Assembly: GCA_951406725.2 (NCBI GenBank)
Contig: OX597821.1
Span: forward strand, 33,914,001 to 33,978,000
Length of the DNA: 64,000 bases
Direction: 5' to 3'
DNA from: Octopus vulgaris
Taxonomy: Eukaryota
Shown here piece after piece: positions 51,155 to 62,888 of the stretch. The notes under the pieces were generated by a model. That model was not told the origin of the DNA. It searched no databases and saw only the letters and a program-made list of their open reading frames with translations. The translations under genes and the position numbers were made by a program. The stretch's first letter is position 1. Every line of letters begins with the position of its first letter.

Positions 51155-54100
51155 ACCATTTGGATATGATGTGATTTCAATGGGTTATGACTGCTCTTTC
51201 TAGCAAGTTAATATGCTACATAGAGGTTCCTCTTATTGATTCTTGGCTCCCTTCTTAGCATGTGGCATCCTTGGTTGGCTGCCTTCTCAGATGGTTATAC
51301 CTTTAACTATTGCTTCTGTAGCGTACACTTGAGTGAAATTCCTCTCCTCTCTATTATATATACATACATACGAATATAGTAGATAACAGCTAGCCTTTGA
51401 GCACATTTTAGACCCTATTGTGTCCACTACTCTGATTGGTTGGTATTGGCGCAATTTGTCTCTTGCTCTATCATGTGCCAATATGCAACCCTACCAATTG
51501 CAGCCTTCAAATAAGGTCATGTGTAACAACCTGTTTTCTACCTCAGCTGAGCCTATACCTCCTTATAAAAAACCTAACGTTTCCTTGTCTCAATGCCTTT
51601 GCTTTCAGACCTTTTAAGGTCTAGCCACTGACCACACAAGGCACTGCCAGTTCCAGCAACAACACAACAACAGCCGCATAGAGACTCATCAACTGCATCC
51701 AGCAGCATTCTGTGACCTCCAGCTCTGTTGCCACCATTTGTCCTAACCTCAACATCTCTCTACGTACTCACCCAGGTTACAAAACTGCGTTGTTCGTGAA
51801 CTACTTCACCATGGATCAATAGCGAATATACAACCTGTGAGAACTCCTGTTCCAAGTGACCCAGGCAACAGCATCACAGCCACAACTTCACGTACGGCAT
51901 GTACTGCAACCAGCTCTGCATCATCGCCACAACTTCTTGATATAGTATTTCAAGTATCGTGTACAATTGACTACAAACTGGTGTTTATCATTCTTGTGTC
52001 TATGAACTTAGTCCTCACTTCGATGGCTATAGACTCTTTCACTGTGTCTTCTTCATTGCCATCCTTGTATGTTCTTAACGTGCATAGTCTATGCCTACAT
52101 ACACATGCATACATCTCATTCTTATGATGGCCTGTCTATTATTCTGTATATATGACGCACACACAATCACACATGTTAACATAGCCATAAATCTCCTCTT
52201 AAACATTCTACCCGGTTGTGTCTCTTATTTCCCTCTGGCACATATATGCATTGTTCTATTTATATTTATTGTATCGACCGTGTGATGTACTAAGGAGCCA
52301 CACGGCTGTCACAAATCAGTGACCCATTCCAGCTCCTCAAGACTACAGAAGCAATTATAATGAGAGAAAGAGACACTCCACAGGTATCTAAACCTTCAAT
52401 TCCATTATACTTCTTTGTTAGCTCTAGGCCCTCTTAAATCAAGGCTCCCTCGAGTTTTTGCTTCCCTGGTTTGTCACTCCCTTGGAATGTGACTCCCTTA
52501 GCTGGTTGATTCCTCAGCCGGTTACTCCCTTAAATATTGCTTCCTTGTTAGCTTTTGACCCTCTCAGCTCAGGACTCCCTCAGCTCTTAGCTTCCTTGCC
52601 TTGTTCTTTTGACTTGTGGTTCCTTTAGTTCATAAAATATTTGGCTTACTACCCCTTAAAGTCATTTCACTCTCTCATCTCTTTCTCACTCTCAGCTCAT
52701 GAATTCCTCAACTCAGGGCTTCCTAGTTATTCTGAAGAGATACTCATTTATAATCCTAACAATATTTGTTTTTCTGAGGCATATCAGCCAATATAATCCC
52801 ACATAATTATTAACGCATGTGCAAAGCTCTTAGCAAGGAAATTAAACCATTTATCAAATTTACAGTACTTTAAAATATTGGCACATCTAAAATAACGACA
52901 TCCCCACCTCCCATTACACGCAACTGCGAACATAACTATTCTAAACTCCTCTTCCACCACCCAAAACCACCACTCAACACAACTGCTAACCCAATCATGC
53001 TCTAAACCTCTTTCACTTTAATTCAGTTTATTTCCAAAAATAGCATTTGGAAATTGCAAAAATAGAGAAGATAATAAGATTTATCATCAAATTTAATTCT
53101 GTAAATGAATTATGGTGAAGAGAAAGGGCTTGAAGGGCAAGACAAAAACAAAAACAAACAAACAAGCAAATAAATAATCAAACAAAAAAACAAAGACAAA
53201 TTATGTGGTGGAAACAAGAAATAATAGAGCTGATGATTTTACTCTTGATGTTGGTGGTGGTAATGTCGGTGGTGGCGGTGCTGGTGGTGGTGGTAGTGGC
53301 GGCGTTGGTGATGGTGTTGGTGTTGATGATGGTAGTGGTGGTGGAAGTTGCACTCAGAGTGGTGATGAAGGTGTTGTTAGCGTAGTGTTGATGATAAGGT
53401 CACTATGCCGAAGGAGTTGCTGTGGGTGACATTAATGGTGGTAGTGGTAGTGGTGGTGGTGCTTTTGATTGCAAGGGTGATGGTGATGCTAGTGGTGATG
53501 GTGGTAGTGATGGTAGCAGTAGTTGCTGCAGTGAAGATGGTAGTTGTTTTATTGGATATAATCATTATTGGTGGTAAAAAAATAAACAAAAACACAAAGG
53601 TAATTTAAATGAAAATCAATGCCTGATGCTACTAGTAGGCAGCCAAAAGGCACAGGAAGAGATATTGATATTTCGGGCAATTTGCTCTTTATCAAGATAG
53701 GCAGGCAGAGGAAAATGAAATAAAAATTTTAAGTGCAGAAACAAATGTTATGAAACAAGTATGGTTGGTGATAGTCTAATAGAAGGAGCTGTATATCTGT
53801 CTATCTGTCTGCTTGTCTGACTGTTTTTCTGTCTGTCTGGCTCTCTCTAACACTCCCTCTGTCTCTTTCTATCTATCTATATGTCTGTGTCTGTCTATTT
53901 ATCTAATTATCTTGCTATGTCTCTATCTATCCATCTATCCATCCATCCATCTGTCTGTCTATCCATCCGTCCATCTGTCCGTTCGTCCATCCATCCATCC
54001 GTCCCTCTGTCCATCTTTCTGTTGGACTATCCGACTGTCTGTTTGTCTCTCTATCCATCCATCCCTCTGCCCTTCCATTTCTGCATTCATCCAGTCTTAT

Positions 54101-54705
54101 ACTTTATTTATCTTATATATTACATTTACTTTGTCTGAATCGAAGCAAATATAAACATGAATTAATATCCAAGATTATGAGCTAATCTACAACATTGTCT
54201 GCAATATCATCATTGTTGTCGTCATCAGTGTGATTATCACAATCGTGTATATATGTGTGTATACATATACGTACACGCACACACACACACAAATATATAT
54301 TATATTTATATCTATATATGTATATGCACACACACGCACACACACATGCACACAAACACACACATTCACACACATACACACACACATTAGTGTTCGTTTT
54401 TTATGTTCAGTTATCATAAAAACAGTTTTACATTAATTTGATGGTTTATATTATACTTTAATAAAGTACAAATCTAATATTCTTAGACAAGAATGTTGTT
54501 GACTGTGACTTCGAAGTTTTGACCATCCTCATGGTAATTCTTTAATTAACTGGCATTTGCTATAAGCAATGTATACCTCTCTACCAGCTCAGTATTCCCT
54601 CTTATATCAACACCTTCTTGTATCCAGTTTTTTTCTCCCTCAGCCTCCCAGCTCATTTGTGCACCATTGTCCATGAACTCTATTAACATTTATACATTAT
54701 TTGAA

Positions 54706-55478
54706 CTTTAGGCCTCACCAAGGAAATGACTAGAGGCCGAGACCTTTGGAAATATGCTGTGCGTGAGAAGACCTGGCAAACCAAATGAAACCATAATCCC
54801 ATGGCCTATGCCAGGGGCGTAACCAGCCCACTTATGCGTACCTTTTCCTTCTTTGGACACTAAAACTCTGCTTGCGAAGACCTGTTGAGGCAAGTGAAAT
54901 CAATCAAAAGCAAAATCAAAATCAAAATCAAATTCGATGACTGGTGTCCGTGCTAGCAAGGTGCAAAGAGCACCATTCGAGTGTGATCATTGACAGAGCG
55001 GCTAACCGGCTTCCGTGCCATTGGCACTTAATTGGCACCTTTCAAGCATGATCGTTACCAGCATCACCTTACTGGCACTTGTGCCTGTGCTAGTAGGGTG
55101 CCAAGAGCACTGTCTGAACGTGATCGTTGCCAGAGCAGCCAACTGGCTTCTGTACCAGTGATACGTAAAAGGGCACCATTCGAGTGTGATCGTTACCAAA
55201 GTCGCCTCACTGGCACCTGTGCTGGTGGCATGTGTAAAAGGATTCGAGCGAGGTCATTGCCAGTACCGCCTGACTGGCCCCCATGCCAGTGGCACGTAAA
55301 AAGCACCCACTATACTCTAGGAGTGGTTGGCATTAGGAAGGACATCCAGCTGTAGAAACTTTGCCAAATCAAGATTGGAGCCTAGTGCAGCCATCTGGTT
55401 CACCAGCCCTCAGTCAAAATCGTCCAACCCATGCTAGCATGGAAAGCAGACGTTAAACAATGATGATGATGATGATGA
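54706..55478 (+). mobile_element. RTE 3' fragment (ORF end and 3'UTR)
   Basis: Encodes LGLTKEMTRGRDLWKYAVREKT; ends CCATGCTAGCATGGAAAGCAGACGTTAAAC followed by (GAT)n. Confidence 0.88.
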
Positions 55479-55629
55479 TCCAGGAGAATATACTCGCTTC
55501 TTTTTATCTTAACCTTTGCAAACTATCTGCATTTAAGTCTATACATATATATGTATGTTTAAAGAGATGGGCTCCTTTTAGGGGCCAGTGAAACTTTAAG
55601 TCACATGGAACTGAATCAAACTGTTTTAA

Positions 55630-56118
55630 ATATCTTTTATCTTTTTTTGTTTCAGTCATTTCACTGTGACCATGCTGGGGCAATGCCTTGAAGAATTCTT
55701 AGTCAAAGGATTCGATCCAGTACTTAATTATTTTCCTTAGTAGGAACTATCAGTTTCTTTGGCTGAACCACTAAGTTATGGGAACATAAACACACCAACA
55801 CCATTTGTCAAGCAGAAGTGGGTGACAAACACAGGCACACACACACACACACACAAATATATACAATGGGCTTCTTTCAGTTTCTATTTACCAAATCTAC
55901 TCACAAGTATTTGGTCAGCCTGAGGCTTTAGTAGAAGACACATATCCAAGGTGCAATGCAGTGGGACTGAACTGGGAAACATGTGGTTAGAAAGCAAGCT
56001 TCTTATCGCACAGCTACACCTGCACCTATACAAATTTACAAGCGTGGCTGTGTGGTAAGAAGCTTGCTCCCCAACTACATGACTCCGGGCTTAGTCCCAC
56101 GGAAACTGAAAGAAGCCC
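55630..56118. mobile_element. SINE family A (minus, 55630-56027) and an inverted partial head (plus, 56043-56118)
   Basis: Similarity to the other family A copies. Confidence 0.68.
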
Positions 56119-56142
56119 ATCACACACACACACATATGTATA

Positions 56143-56620
56143 TATCATCATCATCATCATTTAACATCCATTGTCCATGCTGGCATGGGTTGGATGGTTT
56201 GGACCAAGGCTAGCAAGCTGAAAGGCTGCATCAGACTCCAGTCTGATTTGGCACGGTTATTACAGCTGGATGCCCTTCCTAAAGCCAACCACTCCAAGAG
56301 TGTTATGGGTGATTTTTACATGCCACTGGCATGGGTGCCAATTGTGTGACACTGGTATCTTCCACAACTGCGATTTTGCTTGACTTGATGGGTCTTCTTC
56401 TCAAGCATGACATAATGCCAAAAGTCTCGGTCATTGCCTCTGTGAGGCTCAACACTCGAAAGGTGACTTTTACGTGTCACTGGCACAGGTGCCAGTTATG
56501 TGACACTAGCATCAGCCATGATTATGATTTCACTTGGTTTGATGGGTTTTCTTAAGCACAACATATCGCCAAAGGTTTTGGTCACTAGCCATTGCTTCTG
56601 TGAGGCCCAAACTTCAAAGA
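56143..56620 (-). mobile_element. Diverged RTE 3' fragment with internal duplication
   Basis: (CAT)n tail and 3'UTR; a ~150-bp segment is repeated (56310-56460 and 56462-56615). Confidence 0.65.
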
Positions 56621-56818
56621 TCAGATATATATATATATATATAAATATATATGTATAATTTTACCCTTACGGGCTATCTTTTACTGGAAAGCAATACTTT
56701 CGTATTGCATTATTATTTTCATTGAAATTTCTTCACTGTTATCGTTCTGTTAATGTTTTGGCATTCAGACGAGTGAACTGGCATACATGTGGCAACGTTT
56801 GAAATATTGTCTAGGTAT

Positions 56819-56889
56819 ATGCAGCTGATGAAGACAAATCAAATTTATGTTGTCAAACGTATTTGAAGAGTCTGAAACCGGTCCTGCAT
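56819..56889 (+). ncRNA. Type I hammerhead ribozyme with canonical core
   Basis: ATGCAG-CTGATGA-AGAC..TCAAAT..ATTTGA..GTCT-GAAA-CCGG-TC-CTGCAT. 6-bp stem I, extended stem II, palindromic mini stem III and GUC cleavage triplet. Confidence 0.78.
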
Positions 56890-57072
56890 TATCCGATTCT
56901 AGGTTTTCCATTTTTCAGATGTTCTTCCTAGAGGTAAGATAATTTTTTTTCATGTTTGTTGCACACACGCGTCTTTGCTAGTACTTACGCAGTGAAGCTA
57001 TACAATAGCATCGTATTTATTATGATTGTTATTTTCCAGTAAATATCGGTGCCTTGTTGTACCATTTATTTA

Positions 57073-57114
<42 letters not shown>

Positions 57115-57165
57115 TAGATAGATAGATATATATACATACATACATATATATATATACATACATAC

Positions 57166-57256
<91 letters not shown>

Positions 57257-57299
57257 TATGTATATATATATATATGTATGTATATATTTATGTGTGTTT

Positions 57300-57457
57300 G
57301 TCATTGTATCTGTGTTTGTCCCCCCACCATCACTTGAAAACTAATATAGGTGTGTTTATGTCCCTTGGGAGTTGATTTTTTTTACTAAAAAAAACCTTTT
57401 AAGGTGGTGCTCCAATGTAACAGCAGTCAAATAGCTAAAACAAGTAAAAGAATAAAA
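57300..57457 (+). mobile_element. SINE family A 3' half
   Basis: Matches 1365-1572. Confidence 0.6.
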
Positions 57458-57571
57458 AATATATATATATGTATATATATTTATATATATGATTTGTGGA
57501 CAAAGTTAATAGATACAGAACACTGAAAGGCATTGTGAAAATACAGTTCCTTTACACTATTGATTCCTGTA

Positions 57572-57835
57572 GTGGAGGTGCATGGCTTAGTGGTTAGGGT
57601 GTCAGCATCATGATTGTAAGATTGTGGTTTCGATACCTGGACCAGGCGACGTGTTGTGTTCTTGAGCAAAACACTTCATTTCACGTTGCTCCAGTCCACT
57701 CAGCTGGCAAAAATGAGTAACGCTGTGATGGACTGGCGTCCCATCCAACTGGGGAACACATGCGCCATAGAAACCAGGAAACTGGACCCCTGAGCCTGGC
57801 TAGGCTTTAAAAAGGGTGCATTTATTTATTATTAT
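57572..57835 (+). mobile_element. tRNA-derived SINE family B, full length
   Basis: A-box TGGCTTAGTGG, B-box-like GTTTCGATACC, central TGTGTTCTTGAGCAAAACACTT, and (TTTA)n tail. Confidence 0.78.
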
Positions 57836-57849
57836 TTTTTATTGATTCC

Positions 57850-58245
57850 TGTGTGTCTAAGAAGTTTGCTTTCAGACTAATTACTTTCAGGTTCAATCCC
57901 ACTGCATGGCTTCTTCTACAATAGCTTTGAGCCAACCAAAGCCTAGGAAGTGGATTTGCAAATGGAAAATGAAAGTAGCTTTTTGTGTATGCATATGTGT
58001 ATGTGCGTCTGTGTGTGTGTATGTGTTTCCTCTCCTTGTCTTGCGATCACATGATTGTAGTAAATGAATGTCGTTCATTTCCAATATTCTGTGAAAATAT
58101 GTCTGGCCAAGAGAGAATATTACCCTGCTTAGAAACGGGTAAAGGGTGGTGACAAGGAGGGTATCCAGCCATAGAAAATCTGCATCAATAAACTTTGTCC
58201 AACCCATAAAAATTAAAAAGTGAATATTAAAAATGATGATGATTT
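57850..58245 (+). mobile_element. Old SINE with family-A-like head and RTE-derived 3' tail
   Basis: Head GGTTCAATCCCACTGC..; 3' end GGGTATCCAGCCATAGAAA..GTCCAACCCAT..TTAAAAATGATGATGAT. A related minus-strand piece lies at ~49238-49480. Confidence 0.55.
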
Positions 58246-59246
58246 TGATGATGACAATGATGATGATGTGAAGGTGGAGGAGAGGGAGGAAGAGGACGAT
58301 GATGATGATGATGATGAGAATGGTGATGATGATGACAAGGATGACGACGACTATGACTGATGAGCAGGACAAAGATGATGATGATGATGATGATGATGAT
58401 GATAACAATGATGATGAGATTGACGATGATGATGATGATGACAATGACAAAGACGATGATGATGATGATGATGATGGATCCTCTGCATGCTCATGCTTCT
58501 ATTATCTGACTTCAGAGCCCTTCTATTGAAATAATTATTCAGAAAAGGAGTATACGTGACATTGTAAAATGAAGCATGATACAATAGTAATTCTGAAAAT
58601 GAAATTCTAAAAAAATAAATCATGCAATTAATTTTTCACGAATTATTTTAAATATCAAAATTTCAGATTTTCACTTTAATTAATTTCCAGCATTATTGAA
58701 CGATTTGTTTTTGTTACCATGTTTTTGTTAGCTTATTGCAAACAGATAGTCAATATCGTACAGAAATAATGAATTCTGTAATAATATGATAGATTAAATA
58801 CTTGATGCCCCAGCATGGCCACATCCCAAAAACTGAAACTGAAACACACACACACACACATGCTTACACCCAAAACTCAAGAAGACCCATACTCTGCTGC
58901 AGAAGTGTTAAGACTGATCCTTCTGGCGGTGGAGAGCACTTGTGGTGGTCCAATGTAAAAGCACCAGAGTGGTGCCACATAAAAGCACCCGTGTGGTGTC
59001 ACGTAAAAGCGCCTGGGCAGCACCATGTAAAAGCAACAATCACACGCTACACACCTTCCTTCCAAGCACTGCTATAAACAAGGGAAGTGAGCTAGAAAGT
59101 TAAAACTTAGTGTGCATGCACAGCAGGGTTCAAGGTCAAGCGACTCTACTTTACAAGCTTTAGCTGCATTACCAAGGCAACAGTCCGGATACTTATTGAT
59201 CAGACTACATATGCATGTATGTATATATATGCATATATATTATTAC

Positions 59247-59303
<57 letters not shown>

Positions 59304-59525
59304 TAACAACAACAACAATATTTATTATTATTATTGTTATATATATATATTTATATATATATAACTTATAAACAAGGGCAAAAGAAAAATTATTTCTATT
59401 CCAATATGCTGAGAACAGACTTTAAATCGTCAATTTCCACATTTCATTTTACATTCACTATAAATACGTGTCATGCTGAAATTGAGGAAAGCTAGCTAAC
59501 AGAGTTTTTTAAAAAAAGTTTGTTA

Positions 59526-59584
59526 TTTCTATATTGAATCAATTTCGTGATTAATCCTATGGATTCTTCCCTCTTCAGTAGAAA
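59526..59584 (-). ncRNA. Candidate type I hammerhead ribozyme
   Basis: Minus strand: TTTCTA-CTGAAGA-GGGAAGAATCCATAGGATTAATCAC-GAAA-TTGATTCAA-TA-TAGAAA. Confidence 0.68.
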
Positions 59585-59704
59585 ATACGATAAGAAATAA
59601 ATTGGTGCTAAAAGGGCATTATTTAATTAGTTTAATTAACACCAAAGACACACTTCTCATTGTTGTTTTTCCTCCAGTTTCTTATCGTCTATACACACAC
59701 ACAC

Positions 59705-59747
<43 letters not shown>

Positions 59748-59750
<3 letters not shown>

Positions 59751-59973
59751 CGTCATCATCATCATCATCATCTAACGTCCATTTTCCGTGCTAGCATGGG
59801 TTGGACAGTTCAACTGGGACCTGGGAAGCCAGGAGGCTGCACAGGCTCCAGTCTGGTCACTGCCAGATCAGACTGGAGCCTGATGCAGCCTCCTGGCTTC
59901 CCAGACCCCGGTCGAACTGTCCAACCGGTGCTAGCACGGAAAACGGGCGTTAGACAATGATGATGATGATGAT
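59748..59973. mobile_element. Head-to-head inverted pair of RTE 3' ends
   Basis: (CAT)n..GGCTCCAGTCTGGTC-ACTGCCA-GATCAGACTGGAGCC..(GAT)n, with ~110-bp arms. Confidence 0.88.
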
Positions 59974-60189
59974 ACACATACATAAATATATATATTTACA
60001 CACACACACACACACATATACAGTTATATGTACATATTTGGTGACTTACTGTATTCAAGAAGACCCATCCTCCGCAGCAGAGACAGTAATGCCTATCCCT
60101 ATAATGCAAAGCACTGTCCTGGTACTATGTAAATAACATTCATGCTGGTACCACATCAGGATGCTCATGTCAGAGCCAATTTAAAAAAT

Positions 60190-60618
60190 GTAAAAAGCAC
60201 CCACTACACTCTCGGAGTGGTTGGCGTTAGGAAGGGCATCCAACTGTAGAAGCACTACCAGATCAGACTGGAACCTGGTGCAGCCTTCTGGCTTCCCAGA
60301 CCCCGTCCAACCTATGATAGCATGGAAAACCGGCTTTAATTGAGAAAATCAACCCCAGGACTTATTCTTTGTAAGCCTTGTACTTATTCTATCGCTAAGT
60401 TATGGGTTACATAAACGCACCAGCTCACATACATATATATATATACATATATACAACAGGCTTTTTTTAGTTTCCGTCTACCAAATCCACTCACAAGGCT
60501 TTGGTCGGCCCGGGGCTATAGTAGAAAGACACTTGCCCAAGGTGCCACACAGTGGGACTGGACCCGGAACCATGTGGTTCGTAAGCAAGCTACTTACCAC
60601 ACAGCCACTCCTGCACCT
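60190..60618. mobile_element. RTE 3'UTR fragment (plus, 60190-60335) abutting SINE family A (minus, 60340-60618)
   Basis: Sequence similarity to the respective families. Confidence 0.72.
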
Positions 60619-61324
60619 ATGTCTATGCATTTCTTTCTTTTTTTTTTTTTGTCCTTCAGTTTTGGATACATAATCATTTGTTGTGAAGATGACTCATATA
60701 GAATATTAGCAATTGCTCCAGAAGATTGTCTATACGTTGGCAACATTATTGCATGTGTATTTGCATATTGTACAATTATAGAATGGCTTAAGTAAACACA
60801 TGCATGTGTTATAACGGATACTTTGGATCTCTGAAGTATAGGGACATCTGTCTACTGGTTATACAATTATTTTGCAAAGGAAATAATTTAGAATAATATA
60901 CATAAAAATAATGAATAAAAATCCCTAGAATTGATATTTTTCATTAATATTGGCACCATGTGTCTCAGTTCAGATCCTCTTTAGGTTGTTATCATCATGT
61001 TCATCATCATTCAATGCCTGTTTGCCATGCTAGCATGGGTTGGATGGTTTGACAGGAGCTGGCTAGGCAGAAGGCTGCACAAAGCTGTCTGTTTTGGCAT
61101 GGTTTTTAAGGCTGGATGCCCTTCCTAATGCCAAACATTTCACAGGGTCACTGGGTGGTTTTTATCTGGCACCAGCAGCTATGAAGTCAACAAGGAATCT
61201 GCAAGACAAGACTCTCTCTACTGAGGGGGGCGGGTATTGAGTGGAGTGGCTTTATGCCGGGTGATGAGCAGTTAGGGTATGAATAGAAGGGACAGAGGTG
61301 GTTGGTTACATGGCTACCACAGAT

Positions 61325-61326
<2 letters not shown>

Positions 61327-61368
<42 letters not shown>

Positions 61369-61519
61369 TGTGAGAGAAAGAGAGTGAGAGAGTGAGAGAG
61401 AGAGAATGGAGAATAAATGGAGGGAAAGAATGGAGAGAATGGAGAGAGAGAAAGAGAGAGTGAAAGAAGAGAGAGAGAGAATGGAGAGAAAGAATGGGGA
61501 GAGAGAGAATGGAGAGGGC

Positions 61520-61554
<35 letters not shown>

Positions 61555-61967
61555 GAGAATAAATGGAGAGAAAGAATGGAGAGAATGGAGAGAGAGAAAG
61601 AGAGAGTGAAAGAAGAGAGAGAGAGAGTGTGTGTGTGTGAGAGAGAGAGAATGGAGAATAAATGGAGAGAAAGAATTGAGAGAATGGAGAGAGAGAAAGA
61701 GAGAGTGAAAGAAGAGAGAGAGAGACAGTGAGAGAGCGAGAGAGAATGGAGAATAAATAGAGAGAAAGAATGGAGAGAGAGAAAGAGAGAGTGACAGAAG
61801 AGAGAGAGAATGGAGAGAAAGAATGGAGAGGATGAAAGAGAGAGAGAGAATGGAGAATAAATGGAGAGAAAGAATGGAGAGAATGGAGAGAGAGAAAGAG
61901 AGAGTGATAGAAGAGAGAGAGAGAGAATGGAGAGAAAGAATGGAGAGAGAGAGAGAATGGAGAGGGT

Positions 61968-62007
<40 letters not shown>
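61327..62007. repeat. Complex (GA)n-derived purine tract with GAATGGAGAGAAA subunits
   Basis: Read directly; ~120-bp blocks recur. Confidence 0.85.
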
Positions 62008-62010
<3 letters not shown>

Positions 62011-62464
62011 TTTCAGATCAAAATTTATCATCTAAGAAAGGGGACACCAAGATGAGGAAACGCAACAAGATTTGAAAAGATTGTGATGACTAGTAAATAC
62101 ACAGCAGATTGTCATGTGGGATACGATGGGATATAAAACCAAGTGATGCGAATAAACAATACTAATACATGCTCATTATATCAAACAGAGTTAATATCAA
62201 CTTTTGAGGCAGTGAATATTTTGGAAAGGGTTCAGCGTGGAACTATTATTCCTTGGGGAATTTCTGTATGGCAATAAAACTCACAAGAATTCTAAATTGA
62301 ATCCAAGAGTACATCTCAACCCATCTACATATGATTTCTATAAAAGCCTGTAGAGATAACCCACTACTCAACAAATTATTATAATAATCATAAAATACTT
62401 GAGGCTATAATGCATGCAAAGAAAATTAAGTTAAATCCTGCAAGATATATATATGTATACCAAA

Positions 62465-62606
62465 GTCTTTGGCATTTCTGAATACTGGCGTCATCAGGAT
62501 ATACAGCACATGCATTTTTATTTGCATGTGTTGCATTCTTACCCTTACAAAATGCATAAAGCATGCAGTACTGAATATGCACCTCACTAAAGTCCTTGTC
62601 TTCCAT
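62465..62606 (-). pseudogene. Mariner transposase N-terminal remnant
   Basis: HIQYCMLYAFCKGKNATHANKNACAVY..QKCQR resembles the mariner N-terminal HTH (H.R..MLY.F..G.NA..A...I..VY). Confidence 0.6.
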
Positions 62607-62849
62607 GGGCTGTAACATTGAGGATATACATATTCAGCGTATTTCCACATTAAGGGCTGTCGTTAACTCTATGCACACTGGTAGATTGAAAGAACTCCTT
62701 GTATTGGCTTGTAAACTATTTTTGGTATGATGTCAGACCATTTGCTTGGCAGTGCAGCATTAATTTTCAGTACCCCTTATATACACACAGACACACATAC
62801 ATATACATACATACATACATACATACATACATACATACATACATACATA

Positions 62850-62884
<35 letters not shown>

Positions 62885-62888
<4 letters not shown>

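Noticed and set aside
52727-52800. CTGAAGA followed by a plausible stem II (GATA/TATC, CTCA/TGAG)
   Set aside because: GAAA and stem III are missing.
57572-57645. tRNA gene
   Set aside because: The A/B boxes run into a repeated SINE body, and no convincing cloverleaf is present.
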